This document shows, one piece after another, positions 41,601 to 53,483 of a DNA stretch of 64,000 nucleotides. The stretch covers positions 27,627,561 to 27,691,560 of the forward strand of contig OZ316891.1 of assembly GCA_973895155.1 (NCBI GenBank), given 5' to 3'. A model generated the notes under the pieces. It made no database searches and had not been told where the DNA came from. It saw only the letters and a list, made by a program, of their open reading frames with translations. The position numbers were made by a program, and so were the translations under genes. Numbering within the stretch: position 1 is the first letter of the stretch; each line of letters starts with the position of its first letter. Source of the DNA: Marsupella aquatica. Lineage: Eukaryota > Plantae > Marchantiophyta.

Positions 41601-42306
41601 ATGTCGAAGTGGGCCAGGGTGAATTAAAATTGACCCAGCTGTATCTCAAATGGGGTCAGGAATAAATTGAAATAATACACTTATCATGGGGCTCAAAGCG
41701 CACGAAACAGACAACTCAAAGCCACGGGGATCATGAACTAATCTTACAAGGATGCACCTGATGTAGCGTTTATGACGACGGTACCCGGCTTGTGCGGTTC
41801 CTGATCCCAGCCCTCGTCTTTTCCTTTTTCATTAAGACTTTAGAATCTTCATGGCGAAGAGGCTTAAGCTTGTTTGTTGTTGAAGGAATGTATTGATAAC
41901 GGAAGATCTGATTCTGTTGACATATTTATGGAAGTCTTAGTCTACTTGTTGAAGACTGATTGGGTGGGTTGCAGATGTTGCAGATGTGACTTCTCTTGCA
42001 GAACTTGACAGGCCAGACAAGTTTCTCTCAGCCGTATGGGCTTTGGTGCCGTCTACTCCACCTCGGCCACCGCCGCAAGCTCTGCCCACTCCTCGACCCT
42101 CAGACCTGTCTCAACCACTTGACGATCATATCAAGGGTCTCCCAAGAGGTTCCCGGTTTGCTAAATTCATCGCCGAAAGGGGTGCTGAGCTCTCTCTGAA
42201 GCAGCAAGGACAGTCAGAAAATGGTTCACCAATCTCACAGAAGGTTTTTGAATTGCAAACGAAGTCTAAGGCTTCGCTCGATCCACGTATTTGTAGCCGT
42301 TTGTGA
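35655..42306 (+). CDS. DEG15: Peroxisomal/glyoxysomal processing protease (trypsin-like serine protease)
   Basis: Exons: 35655-35720, 35924-35970, 36148-36349, 36559-36612, 36989-37060, 37322-37483, 38162-38365, 38781-38884, 39138-39223, 39474-39568, 39905-40736, 41071-41269, 41461-41555, 41975-42306. N-terminus [30 protein letters not shown] matches the plant DEG15 pattern; first domain GSPFG..DVRCLPGMEGGP; catalytic triad LTNAH / LDIALL / HPGGSGG; C-terminal PTS1 SRL*. The middle exons (37.5-38.8 kb) are less certain. Confidence 0.92.
39240..39290. repeat. (TATTC)n intronic microsatellite
   Basis: About 10 units visible in a DEG15 intron. Confidence 0.95.
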
Positions 42307-42948
42307 ATCACTTACAGCTCTATTTTAATATGCAGATCAAATCTCTGTAAAGACTTTCGAAGGAAGTTTTTTATGGGCAGGAGAAGAGATTCTGACTGAG
42401 AGCGAAGCCAAATTCTGTGACATTTGGATGTTGAGCATCCTCTTGTATCTGGCAGCAAGTGGTTCGACACAAACAGTTTTTGTTAACTAGGAGCACGGAA
42501 CGAGAATCATGGCGGACGTTTGATTCATATGAGTGCAAAGGCTTGAGTTACAAGTAGGGATGCAGCTATAGCTGACAAGTGCCATGTACATGTAGTAGTT
42601 ACGAAACCATCACAATGCGGGCTCATTGCCCTCTCACATTCAGGCATCTGTGCCAAAGTTGTACACTAGTCAAATGCCTATTGGCAGTGACACCTACCTA
42701 ACCCAAATCAAAAGCAGGAGTCAGCATGTGTCTTTTGATTCAGGAGGGCTCTCTACTTTTCTGCGCCTGTTTGTTTTCTCAACCCTTTTTGTGTTGCGAT
42801 CAATTCTCTGAATGAAGACTTCCATCGTTTGTTTTTTCTGAGAGGGTGTGGAGTTCTTAACGTTTTGGGGTTCAATGTTGTATACTGAAACAGAGTATAT
42901 ATCTCATTGCTGAGTGGGAGTATCAAAGTGAGTGACGGCATGTCTGTA

Positions 42949-43210
42949 GTACTAGTACTCAGTATGACAGTGATCTTCAACAGCGGATGCGTTGGTGAAG
43001 TCAGAACGGGAAACCTCTTTAGCTTAGGCTTAGAAGTTTGAATGAATTTTGGAGTTTGATGGGTTTGAACGATTCGGTAGTACTCTTACTCAATAGTCAT
43101 TTATCTTCAACAGCGGATGACTTGGTGAAGTCAGAACGAGAAACCTCTTCGCTTAGGATCAGAAGCTCGAAAGAATATTGGCAGTTTGATGGGTTTTTGA
43201 ACGATTCTGC
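42949..43210. repeat. Tandem duplication, ~130 bp x2
   Basis: ATCTTCAACAGCGGATG..TTGGTGAAGTCAGAACG.GAAACCTCTT..GCTTAGG..AGAAG...AGTTTGATGGGTTT..GAACGATTC occurs twice. Confidence 0.85.
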
Positions 43211-43552
43211 GAAGTCGAACTAAAAATAACAATCTTATCAGTTTATGACTCAAGTCCATAGCTTCGAATGTACAAAACGAGGCGGCAGGGTTTCTGGGGC
43301 GATTATAGTGTTCACTGGTGACTCATCAGCAGGAGAACCATAATTCCCTGTTCCTTGTTTTATTGCAGAGGGTTTTGGAGAGATTAGTGCCCTTAGTGAT
43401 TTTTCTTTCAGGCTCCCTGTATAGTAGAATCACCCACCCTCTTGGGCAAGAGCCCTCAGGTTTTTTTGGTTGGGTTTTTTGGTTGTGTGTGTGTGTTGGG
43501 TGTTGGACACAGGAAAGCTTAAAGTGTCATGATATGAAAGTGAAAGAGGTTA

Positions 43553-46210
43553 TTGGCTGAACTTTCAGTTCAGTTATGTGATTGGGGGCAAAAAATGCCT
43601 TCAAAGTATTTTCTCCGCATATAGTTTTCTCCTCATAGGAATGGAGGCACAAAAATATACTTTGGTTATAATATTCTCACTCAGACTAACAAACTTTGGT
43701 TATAATATTCTCACTCAGACTAACACTCTTTGGTTTGTATACAGTACTCAATCATGGGGTATTGGGGTGTACATGCTACATAGTATATTGCATTACACAC
43801 AAATGAAAGTACATTAATGCTCCCCCCTCAATGTACTTGTGTACTTCATTCTCTCACCATTTAATGTCTTTGTGGTTTTCTTGGTAGAATTTCTTAATGC
43901 TTTTATATATTTCACTTTGGGTGTAATTGATCACCTTGAAAAAGTAGGACTCTTAAAGGGGCTTCCTTTTTGTTTTTGGGTGAAATTGGTCAACTCGAAA
44001 AGATTTTTAAAGGGGCGTCCTTTTTTTTTAGAAGAAACTATGAGTAAGGAGCATGCCCATGGTTGATCTCATTATTTCTTTTCTTTGAGAGTTAAAAGGG
44101 ATAGAGGATCAAGGGTATTCCAAAGAAGAGGAAGATCAAAAAGACAAAAAGAAACATTTTTGTTTGGCCGGGATGGAGGATTACTTAAAAGAATTTTTTC
44201 TTCAATTGTTGAGAGGTTTAAGGGTATTTAAGGGAGAGATTTTCAAAATGATCTTTGTTTGTACTTTTTTCTTGCTAGAGGGGGCAGACACTAGTTGATT
44301 GTATCAAACTAGCGAACCCCTATATTCAATCTTAGAAGTGGGGAGCGATGGATGGTTTAAGGGTATTTTAAGGGGAGGAACAAAAAAGACAAAGAAGGGA
44401 GAGATTTCAGGTTTTATAAATCTTTCTTTTTTCTTGCAAGAGGGGGTCAACATCAAAACAAAATAAAATGTGCTTTTATTCCTTTTCTAGACATCCGCAT
44501 TGATCAAAATTGCACCCACAGGAGTTGTAGCTCATGCCATTAAAGGACAAACCTATCATTCAACCTTATCAATAAGACCGATGCAAAAATTTGAGGTTTC
44601 GAAAGGACTTGCACTCTTACGATTGCAAAAGCGTTGGAAGCATATACAATATTTGATTATCGATGAAAAATCCATGATAGGATTAAAATTACTTGCAAAA
44701 ATAGATTCACGTCTACAACAAGCATTTTCTAGCTCCTCAGATAAAAAAATTGGTGGGATTTTTGTTATATTATTTGCAAATTTTGGGCAACTGCCTCCGG
44801 TGGGAGATACTCCTCTATTTGGGGATCTATCCAATTTAGGTGGGGATGCACTTGATCAAACATTGCAAGGAAAATTAGCATATTTTTCATTTGAGGTTTC
44901 CACCATCTTATCAACAGTGATGCGCCAATGAGGCAATGATCAAGAGCAGATCAAGTTTAGAGACTTATTACTAAGATTGCACGATTGATGTTGCATGCTT
45001 GAAGATTGGGTGTTGATGGCGACACGATTTAAAGTGGATTGTAATGGACGCTTAAAATTAGCGCAACAAGAATTGGAGGAGATGAAAGATGCTATTCGGA
45101 TCTATCGAAGATGAAAAAATGTTGTAACCTACGACAAATTTGTTCTCAAAGATAGTGGTTTTCCTGTCAAGATTTTGGTTGCCAATCATCCAACAGGGGG
45201 TAGCGATGCCTTGAAAGGTAGTGTAGATGATGCCGGAGGTCTTGTGACCAAAATACTCTTATCTAAAGGATCCAACATCATGTTTACCCAAAATCTTTGG
45301 GTACAAGAGGGTCTTGTGAATGAAAATACAGGGGTTGTGCATGATCTTGTATGGTTAGATCCTTTGGATGTCACTACCAATTTTCCCTATATCACTTTTG
45401 TAGCTATGAAAAGTTATAAAAGCCCTACATGTTGGCATACTACAAACGAAATTATAACATTGGTTCCAATACCTTTATCTGTGACCACATGGGAGAAAGA
45501 GACATCACATGGACAGAAATCATTATCGAGAAAATGATTTCCTTTAGTTCTTGCAGATGCTATAACAGTTCACAAGACCCAAGGTACAACTGTTGAAAAA
45601 GCAACACTTGACTTGAGCAGTTCGGAATTTGCAATTGGCCTCAACTATGTAGCGGTATCGCGCGTAAAAAAGTTGTGCAATATAGTATTTGAGAAATATT
45701 TTGTCTACGAGCGAGTTCAGCCTTTAGATGCTGGTTTGTATATACGTCAACGAAAGGTTGACGATGAGAGGAGAAAAAGACTAAATTATTTATGATTTAA
45801 TTCAGATTAGGTAGTGGACCCTTTAGGGTTAATTTAGGTGAGTCTTTTAGATAAATTTAGGTTTTGATACATTTTTTTCTCTATCAAATAAAAATTACAT
45901 GTATTCTATTTTAAGCTTATATTATTTTGAGGTATCATATTATAATGAATTATCTTGTCCTTGTATTTATTAATTTATCTCAAATTTAAATGCAACCCCA
46001 ACTTATCATGTTTTTGTACTATTGCAAGTCAAATTCGGGTCAAAGCATTTTAGGACCCGAGTTTTGAACCCGAGACCTTCCCCTCGCGAGAGTGATCACT
46101 ATACTGATGAAACATTCATGTATTTGTAACAATAACTAATCACTCACAAGTCACAAATTATAAGAGTAGTTCAGCCTTTGTGACCAAACCGCTTTGGTCA
46201 CGAGCATTTT
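43553..46210 (+). mobile_element. Helentron/Helitron2-like (HLE2) rolling-circle element, internally deleted
   Basis: Left end TT+GGCTGAACT (43555-43563) folding back on AGTTCAGTT (43567-43575); right subterminal inverted copy AGTTCAGCC (46168-46176), then perfect hairpin GTGACCAAA-CCGC-TTTGGTCAC (46180-46201) and GAGCATTTT; contains a PIF1 helicase remnant. Confidence 0.7.
44491..45795 (+). pseudogene. PIF1-family (Helitron-type) helicase pseudogene, C-terminal part
   Basis: A single reading frame with APTGVVA, IIDEKSM, FGQLPPV, TVMRQ, GLVN, FPL..AITVHKTQG and YVAVSRVK, broken by four in-frame TGA codons; preceded by a TTTTCTAG acceptor at 44490; no Walker A or Rep domain seen. Confidence 0.9.
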
Positions 46211-46652
46211 ATACACGGTAACCACGGGAACCAACAAAACCCACCTCCTTCAGTTGAGTAAGTGAGGCAGGTGCATGGACAGACTATCAGAAGAATCCAC
46301 TGAAACCCTTCTATTGCTAGTTAGACTCAAGGGTATAATAACTCAACAAAGGAAAAGGTAGCAGGGTTTTGGGGGCATGTAAGGGTATCCTTGAGCGCTA
46401 AGTGAGGGCTCCAGAGGGCTCCAGACACTGTTGGTAGTCTGTGTGCAGGGAAACAAAGGGTGACAAGGGACATGGCTAGGTGAAGTGAAACATGCGGGGA
46501 GAAACAACGGGTGCCAGGGGAAATAGCTGGGTGAAGTGAAAGTGCCTTGTGACACCTTGGGTGTCAGGGGCAATGGTGAGGTGATAGGGGAGATGGCCCT
46601 GCCTTCAAGCCATTAGGTCTCACTGGCCATCCTCCAGGCTACCTCCAAGGCG

Positions 46653-46792
46653 AGTGAGTTACCATGTGGCAAAGGGAACCCCACATGCGAGTTAATACTA
46701 ACCCAAAATACGAAATGGAAAAGTGAGTTACCATGTGACAATGGGAACTCACATACTAGTTAATACTGACCCAAATACTATATGAAATGGAG
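46653..46792. repeat. Tandem duplication, ~68 bp x2
   Basis: AGTGAGTTACCATGTG.CAA.GGGAAC.CACAT..AGTTAATACT.ACCCAAA occurs twice. Confidence 0.8.
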
Positions 46793-46897
46793 GACAGGTT
46801 AATAATAATTTTTATTTTTAGAAGGCACATTAATGTACTTTGGGGGACAAGTTAGTAAAAAACTGCAAACACAAGAGAGAAAGAAACGAAAAGTCAA

Positions 46898-47040
46898 TAG
46901 GGTTTTTGGGGCCCCCATCCCATCGTCGGGAGCTTGGAAGGCACCCTAAAAGTTACCACAGTAAAAGTCACCCCAGCGGCACTGATCGGATAACTGATCA
47001 CTGGCGGTACAGTAGTCCAGTACTGTAGTAGGGTTTTGGG
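46898..47040. promoter_or_regulatory. Telo-box-like motifs upstream of the NUMOD3 gene
   Basis: TAGGGTTT (AAACCCTA) at ~46898 and ~47029, with TGGGGCCC next to the first; followed by a CT-rich leader. Confidence 0.35.
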
Positions 47041-48298
47041 GAATCCATCCGACACCGAAGGGTTTTATTAATACAGTACGTTTTCTCTAGTACTCCATGG
47101 ATCCATCAATCAATCAATCAATCTATCACTCCCCTTCATCGGTCCAGACACATTCCTGCATGCTGTCCTCTCGCTGTCCACTGAATCTCTCTCGTGCTCT
47201 TCTCGTCTCCTCTGCCTTTTTCGCGTCCCTCTCCACTCCCGAGATTCATTCCTGGATCCCCACCACTGTCCTCATCTTTATTGTTAGGTTCGATTCCGCT
47301 TCAGCCCTCTCTCTCTCTCTCTGTCTCTCACTCTCTCTCTCCTGTCACTGCTGTTTCTCCGGGGAAGAGCTGTGATCACGGCATTGCTCCACTGCTGTGC
47401 TGTGCCTCATCTTTGTGGGGATTGTTGAATCGGGTTTTTGGGACTCGAATTGGATTATGGGGTGACTGACAGAGTGGTCGACTTTGCTTTCGTCTTGATT
47501 GGGGTGCTGGGGCGGGTTCGGGTTTGATTTGAATTTTGGGTCAGTTCGCAGAGTGCGAGATTGATTGACGGTGAGGGACTGAGGGAGGGAGGCGAGGGGC
47601 GAATTAGTGTATCAGCTCCGGCTGGTGTCATTCTTTTGAATTCCGTCTTCGTTCGCCTGTTGTCTTGCAAGCTTGCTTGCTTGCTTGGTGTAGAGTGTCC
47701 TGCCCTGTCGGCAGTGTTTCTCTCTGCCTTCAGCCCCTCTCCTCGTTTCTCCGTTGTTTTCTCACTCTGGGTGACCTGACTTTGTTGTAAGTCGACACTC
47801 ATTGTGAGTTTCTCTCTTGCTGTCTGGGAGAGTTGGAAGAAGCAATTCTTGGTTGGAGTATATCTACAGCAGTGATCCTCGTTGGTACAGTTGTTGCTGT
47901 CTCGCCTTTCCACACCCCTCCATCTCTGTGTTGCCGTTCGTAGACCGTGGGTTTGGGTTTACTCTATCCAGTCCGGAGCTCTGCCTCAGCTCTCCTTGTT
48001 TCGGCCTTTCTGGGTTTAGGAGGAAAGCAGCAGCAGCGCCACCAACATGGCACTTTCTGGATTCATGCCGTCGAACTATTCTCTCCTTCCCATTCAGGAC
48101 TGAGGTCTTAGAAGCAGCCCTGTCATGATACCCTAGAGCTCTCCTTCCGTCCCCTGAGCCTGCTCTGCTGTGCTTGTTGTCCTTCTGGTCCTCCGCCGGA
48201 GTGGAAGGACTGGACTGACTGGAAAGCTAGCGTTTGGGTCTTGCAGCACTCACACACTGGCAGGAAGGTAGAGACGAGGGTGGGGTTGCCTATGGGAG

Positions 48299-51200
48299 AT
48301 GTGGCATGACACAATGTTGGCTGGTTGCAGGTTGGTCTTGGACTCTTCCCATTCTTGCATTGCTGCGAGGGCACAATCCTCCGGGTCACTGAAATTTAGC
48401 TGTTTTTTTAAATCGAAACTGAAACTCAAGCGAGGAGTGCGTGCGGTGCCTGGTGTTGTCCATGGAGGTAGCATCAGCAGCAGCAGTGGGTGGAGAAATG
48501 GTGGCCGGGGTCAGCCGAATGGAAGGGAAGGGAGCTCCCTGGGAAGTAAATCTCGAATTAGGAGGAGCCCTTATTTACGGCAGGGAGCCGCCCCTGTGTC
48601 CACACCAGCCCAGGGCAGCAGACCGGTTGTGTCTATGTTTGGGAGTGCCAGCAGCAGTCTCGCCGTGACCATGACAGCTCTTGTGACGAAGGAGATGGAT
48701 ATTTCAGGCCTCACGAATGGCGAGGCGGGTATGCAGGCTTTCAACAATCTAGCTCAATGGGAGCAAGAAACGAATGTTGCTGAAAGTGAGAAGCTGCGCC
48801 GTCATAGAATTAGCATGGCCAACAAGGGAAAGGTTCCGTGGAATAAGGGCGGTAAACACAGTGCAGGTCTGTTTTTTGGGGGTTTTCTAAGGAACACCCT
48901 CGGATTGTCTCTTCCCTACGTTCCGGACTATATTCTACACACATCTGTCTGTTGAATAGTTTTGAGCCACTTGTTGACTTCATATGAGGTTCATCGTAGA
49001 GTATTGTCACAAGCCCGGGGAAGTCTCAATTTAATGCATAGGTTAGTTACATCTCGCGAACGTGCAGATATGCTGTTGATTGTGTGATTTTAGTTTTCTC
49101 GTGTCAAGCTCGTAATTAGGGCAACGCACCCCTTGGTTACAACTTGTTTTCAACGATTTCCTTAGTGCCAAATTCGCCGTAGAACATGAAGGTTTAAGTC
49201 TTAAAGAGATCTTGTTTCTTGTTTCATGATTATATATGAGAGTTGTCTCTTGTGACCGTGACCCATCACAGCATTGTGCTGGTGTGGGGTATTTTCTTGC
49301 ATTTCTTTCAGTCGCATCTAGTAAAGGTTCAAATGCACAAAGCTACAGAGCTGGTCATATGTCCGTGCAATTCGAGCCATGAGTAGATTTCAGAGTCATA
49401 CGTGGTGAGTCTAAATTGGAGAGGGGGAATCGAATAGATAATATCTCCTCTATACTAATCAGGCTTATGAATTGATTCACGCAGAGACAATTAAGCGCAT
49501 AAAGGAGAAAACCAGTCTGGCAATGCAAAGTCCCAAGGTAATGACCAGTAGAGCAGCTCCTTTGGTAACATTGCTGTCTAGCAGCTCCCGTCATAGATCG
49601 TTTGTCGTTCGGTTCCAAGTCTGCAGTTCCTTTGGTAGTTAGAATGGATCTTGACAGTCTCTGGGAGGTGTGTGTGCATCTGCATCCGCGAACGGAGCTC
49701 ACACCTATGGAGGTTGAATGCAGCTGGTACTGAAGGACGTTCTCAATTTGTTCTTTGTGATTGGGATGGGGGTTTGTGGTCAGGTCATGGCGAAACTTAA
49801 ACTAAATGCAAGACACCCGCAAACGTACGTATTATTTTCATTGTCTTTTGAGGGCACCATGGTGTTGTTTTGAGCTTGGCAAATCTAAGACTGCGTTCTC
49901 GAAAAAGAAGAAGCTGCGGTTTAAGGGTGGAGCTTAGTCACGGTAGACCTTTCTTGGGAAAGGAATCCTATATATGTGAATTTTGATATCCGGTTCATCG
50001 AAAAGTTCAATTTGAGATCGGACTATGAGCAGATTGACGGGGGGGTTTTGTAATTTTTAATCTAGTAGCTGCTTTGTTTTGCGGAGGGCGATGCAGTGAC
50101 GAGACAAAAGGAAAAATCAGAGACAAACTGAGGGACAGGTGGGCTTCAAAGAAGCGCGTTCGCGGGTATCAAGACATCATGCTTAAGGAGTGGAAAAATT
50201 GTGTGGCTGAAGCGGCCAGGATGGGTGGCCTAGGAGACGAGGAGATGCAGTGGAATACCTACAGTGTCATAAAGAAGAAGTTGCGCATGGCTGCTGCAGC
50301 TCAAACTCGATCAGAGAAAAGGGAGCAGAAAGCTAAAGCGAAAGCCATGAGGCCTTTGAAATCGGAGGCGCACAGACTGAGGATATCAGCTGCGATCAGG
50401 GCGAAATGGGAAGATCCTGTAAGAAGCGTTCTCAAACTCAACCTCTCTCCAGTCCGGCGGGAATTAACTTATTAATTTTCTCAGTCTTAATGTAGATCCA
50501 GATGGCTCTCCTTTGCACTTACTCTGAGTGCGTGGCAATGCACTCTGAAAACTTTTGGCCGAATTGCAGTGGATTTTCGGGGGTTGCTCAGAGTCACTTA
50601 GGGGTTTAGAGGAATGAGAGTCTGCTCTCACCTCGAGAGCAGACTTTGGACTTCAGTATCTTCGTTGACACCATTTCTTTCAATTGTGGTGGGTACTGTG
50701 AGGAATCTGTGTGTGATAGGACAAGTTGGTGTCACTTGGCCTGGTTGATATCTCCGCTGTTATATTACGAAGTCTTTTGACCAAGTATGAGTTTAACATG
50801 TGCCTATGCAGGATTACCAACTAAAGGTGAAACGAGGCATGGTCAAGAATAGTACTGCCGTAAAGCAGAAGAAGACCCAGAAAAGGAAACCTAGTGGAGA
50901 CAGTGTGACTTCGGAAGCAGGCTGTATCAAACGACCTTTGGACCATGGGTTTGTAACTGCCGTGATGTCCGGTGAAAAAAAGAGAAAGCAAAAAGGAGAT
51001 ACTATCATTGAACAACCAGACACAAGCCAAGAAGTAGTATCTGAAAAGATCAAATTACGAGTCCGGGATCGGAAAGTGGATCTGTTGAAGACATTTACAG
51101 AACCTGCCCAATCGGAAGAAGAGGACTTGTCGGAAGATAATTTCACTGAGGAGCTTTCAGTGTCGGCAGAGCATTCTTTCGTAGATCCTCACGCAGGGGA

Positions 51201-52059
51201 AAAGCTTTTCAGGCTAAAGCTTCTCCAGGCCAGCCGGTCGGTGATGGACCAGAGGCGACGAGAAGCCACGTATCGTGCCAAGTAAGTCTTGTTCCCCTTT
51301 GTAAATAATCCGGGGTGGTGTTTCCTTCCATTCCGAAGTCAAAGCACGATTCAGATAGCATTCCTCTAATAGCATTTCTTTCTATTTGCATTTCCGTAGG
51401 AGAAAGCAATTCTTATACCTGATTCCCAAGCCCCTGTGGATAGGCATAGTGCGGGTTAGCCTGGCTTCTCACATGTCCGCTTAAATTAATGAAATTGTAT
51501 TCTGGGCAGAGTACTGATGGCAGAGGCCGAACAAGCGGCTAAGAAACTGGAGGCGGCTGCTGGTAATAATGAGTTTGCTCTAGCATCCTTGGCTGAGATA
51601 TACAGACTCATGGCAGAGGCAGAGCACTTCATCCAGACAGCTGACTCTCTTCACAAAGATGTCGAGGGTACCAAGTCCCACAGTGGAGCTTTGTGGAAAA
51701 GTACAATGGCTCCGTATGAGTCCTCAAAATCCCAAGAGCAGATCACATCAATGGGAGAGCATGGGATCGCACACGGGCAAGATGACGGCAATTCTGAAGA
51801 GATACATGGACATGACCTTAGTCTGCAATCTGAACAGGATATTGCTGTGGGCATCAAGACTGTCAGCCTAATTTCTAGCAGTGAACAGGTTATGATGTTT
51901 GGCAATGATATGAGAGATAAAGCTTTCTTAGATATGCACAATCCATTTACGGATGAATTACGATGCAAAAGTAGGTTCCCTAGCCCCGTAAGCCTGTTAA
52001 GTGGAAGCTCAAGTAGAAGAATGGGAGCCATGAAGGGAACAGAGTATGGCTCACTATGA
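48299..52059 (+). CDS. NUMOD3 (nuclease-associated modular domain 3) repeat protein, probably organelle-targeted
   Basis: Exons: 48299(or 48314)-48866, 49485-49537, 49784-49824, 50097-50418, 50812-51281, 51510-52059, all GT-AG and in phase. Spliced motif RISMANKGKVPWNKGGKHSAETIKRIKEKT..HPQTDETKGKIR..KSEAHRLRISAAIRAKWEDP; C-terminal AEAEQAAKKLE helix; Ser/Arg-rich N-terminus resembles a transit peptide. Confidence 0.85.
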
Positions 52060-52877
52060 CACGCGGCAATACGAGTCACTACTTACTGTAGATTAGAAGA
52101 ACGTGGTATGATTCTTTGGGGATTCGATAGTTTCGTATCTATCCAATCCTCCAATGTAAATAGCATCTGTATCTTGGAGGGTTTCTTTATTGATCATTGT
52201 ACGCCATTCCCCCAAATTATCCCCAAAAGATTCACAATTATGCTTTGAGTGAAAATTTATATCTTGAGCTAGGCAGTCAACTAATTGAAGGATGCAGCCA
52301 AGTTAAGAACATTCTTCAAAAAATTGTTTAAAAAAATATAAAAACAGTCTGGGCTTTGAGTACCGGTTGGCTTTCGGTTCCAGAATATTAAGTATTGAGT
52401 GTCTAGTGACACCTTTGGCACGTACCGTTCAATCAAGCAAAGCTTACATTTGTTGTCAGGTTCTCACTGAAATTAATTTCATCCCTGCCGTTTTATTAGT
52501 GTACCCAATGGATGGCTCCTTTTGGATGAGTGGAATAGACGAACAATGACTAGCTAGCTACAGCAGGAGGCTGAACTGACTATTGACAACTAGGGTGATT
52601 GAGCAGCATTTACGACTGGAGTGCAGCATCTAGATAGTATCTAGATAGATGCTGGGCGATTGATCGAGCAGCACTTAAGAGTATGTGGAGGCCCTACTCC
52701 TGTAATACTAGTGCAAACACATTTTGGCGTTGTTTCTTCTCTTGCTCCTCCAAATTAACTCTTCTGAGGATTTGAGGGCCTCGCCTAGCTACTAACAACT
52801 TTGCTCAGAACGGAGACACTCTGACAACTACCTTCTCTCCCGTAGGACAAGCTACTCTCTGAGACGAAGTGGGGAAC

Positions 52878-53444
52878 ATGGACAGTTCGAAGTACATTCC
52901 ATCGGCTTCGCAGCTGCTGTCGGGCAATTCATTGGGGCGCAATGGAACTAGGGTCGATAGTTCTAGTGAAGCGTGCACTGCGGAGACAGGCGTCTTTGCC
53001 ACTTGCCGAATTTGTCACGACGAGGACCAGCTCAGAAACCTCGACAGTCCATGCTCTTGCTCTGGTTCGATCAAGTACGTCCATCAAAAATGTCTCCAGG
53101 ATTGGTGCGACGCGAAAAGAAATACTTTGTGTGAGATCTGCAAACAGCCTTACAGAGATGGCTACAAAGCTGGTACTGCATCTCGTCCCCAAGTGGTGGC
53201 CAACCATATCATGGGCCAAACTGCCAACCTTGAAGCCGTAACTGACGATTTTTTGGAAGAACTGGAAGACAGTTTTTGGGAAGAGATGGAGGCCACCGTC
53301 TTCCACACTATCATGGATGAACTGGATGCCATTGCAGCTCGTGTTGCGGGAGAGGCCAATCTGCAAGTCGAACACCCCAATTGGGTGTTGGAAAGGACTG
53401 GGGAAAGGACCCGTTGGATCTATTTCTCCGGACTCTTCCGCTAG
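52878..53444 (+). CDS. Intronless RINGv (RING-CH, C4HC3) domain protein
   Basis: CRICHDED..LDSPCSCSGSIKYVHQKCLQDWCD....CEICKQPY; ATG at 52878; uninterrupted ORF with an acidic C-terminus and no obvious TM helix. It may be a retrocopy. Confidence 0.75.
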   Translation: MDSSKYIPSASQLLSGNSLGRNGTRVDSSSEACTAETGVFATCRICHDEDQLRNLDSPCSCSGSIKYVHQKCLQDWCDAKRNTLCEICKQPYRDGYKAGTASRPQVVANHIMGQTANLEAVTDDFLEELEDSFWEEMEATVFHTIMDELDAIAARVAGEANLQVEHPNWVLERTGERTRWIYFSGLFR

Positions 53445-53483
53445 ACGGATGGGACAGAATTACCCGCACTTGAACCACGGAAT

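Noticed and set aside
44500-45795. TGA recoding (selenocysteine or Trp) or an active host PIF1 gene
   Set aside because: The stops are not at Cys/Trp positions, other motifs are degraded (FANFGQ, GLVNE) and Walker A is missing; ordinary pseudogenisation explains it.
46052-46113. Functional tRNA gene
   Set aside because: Only A/B-box-like motifs and a T-arm; no acceptor stem or anticodon arm.
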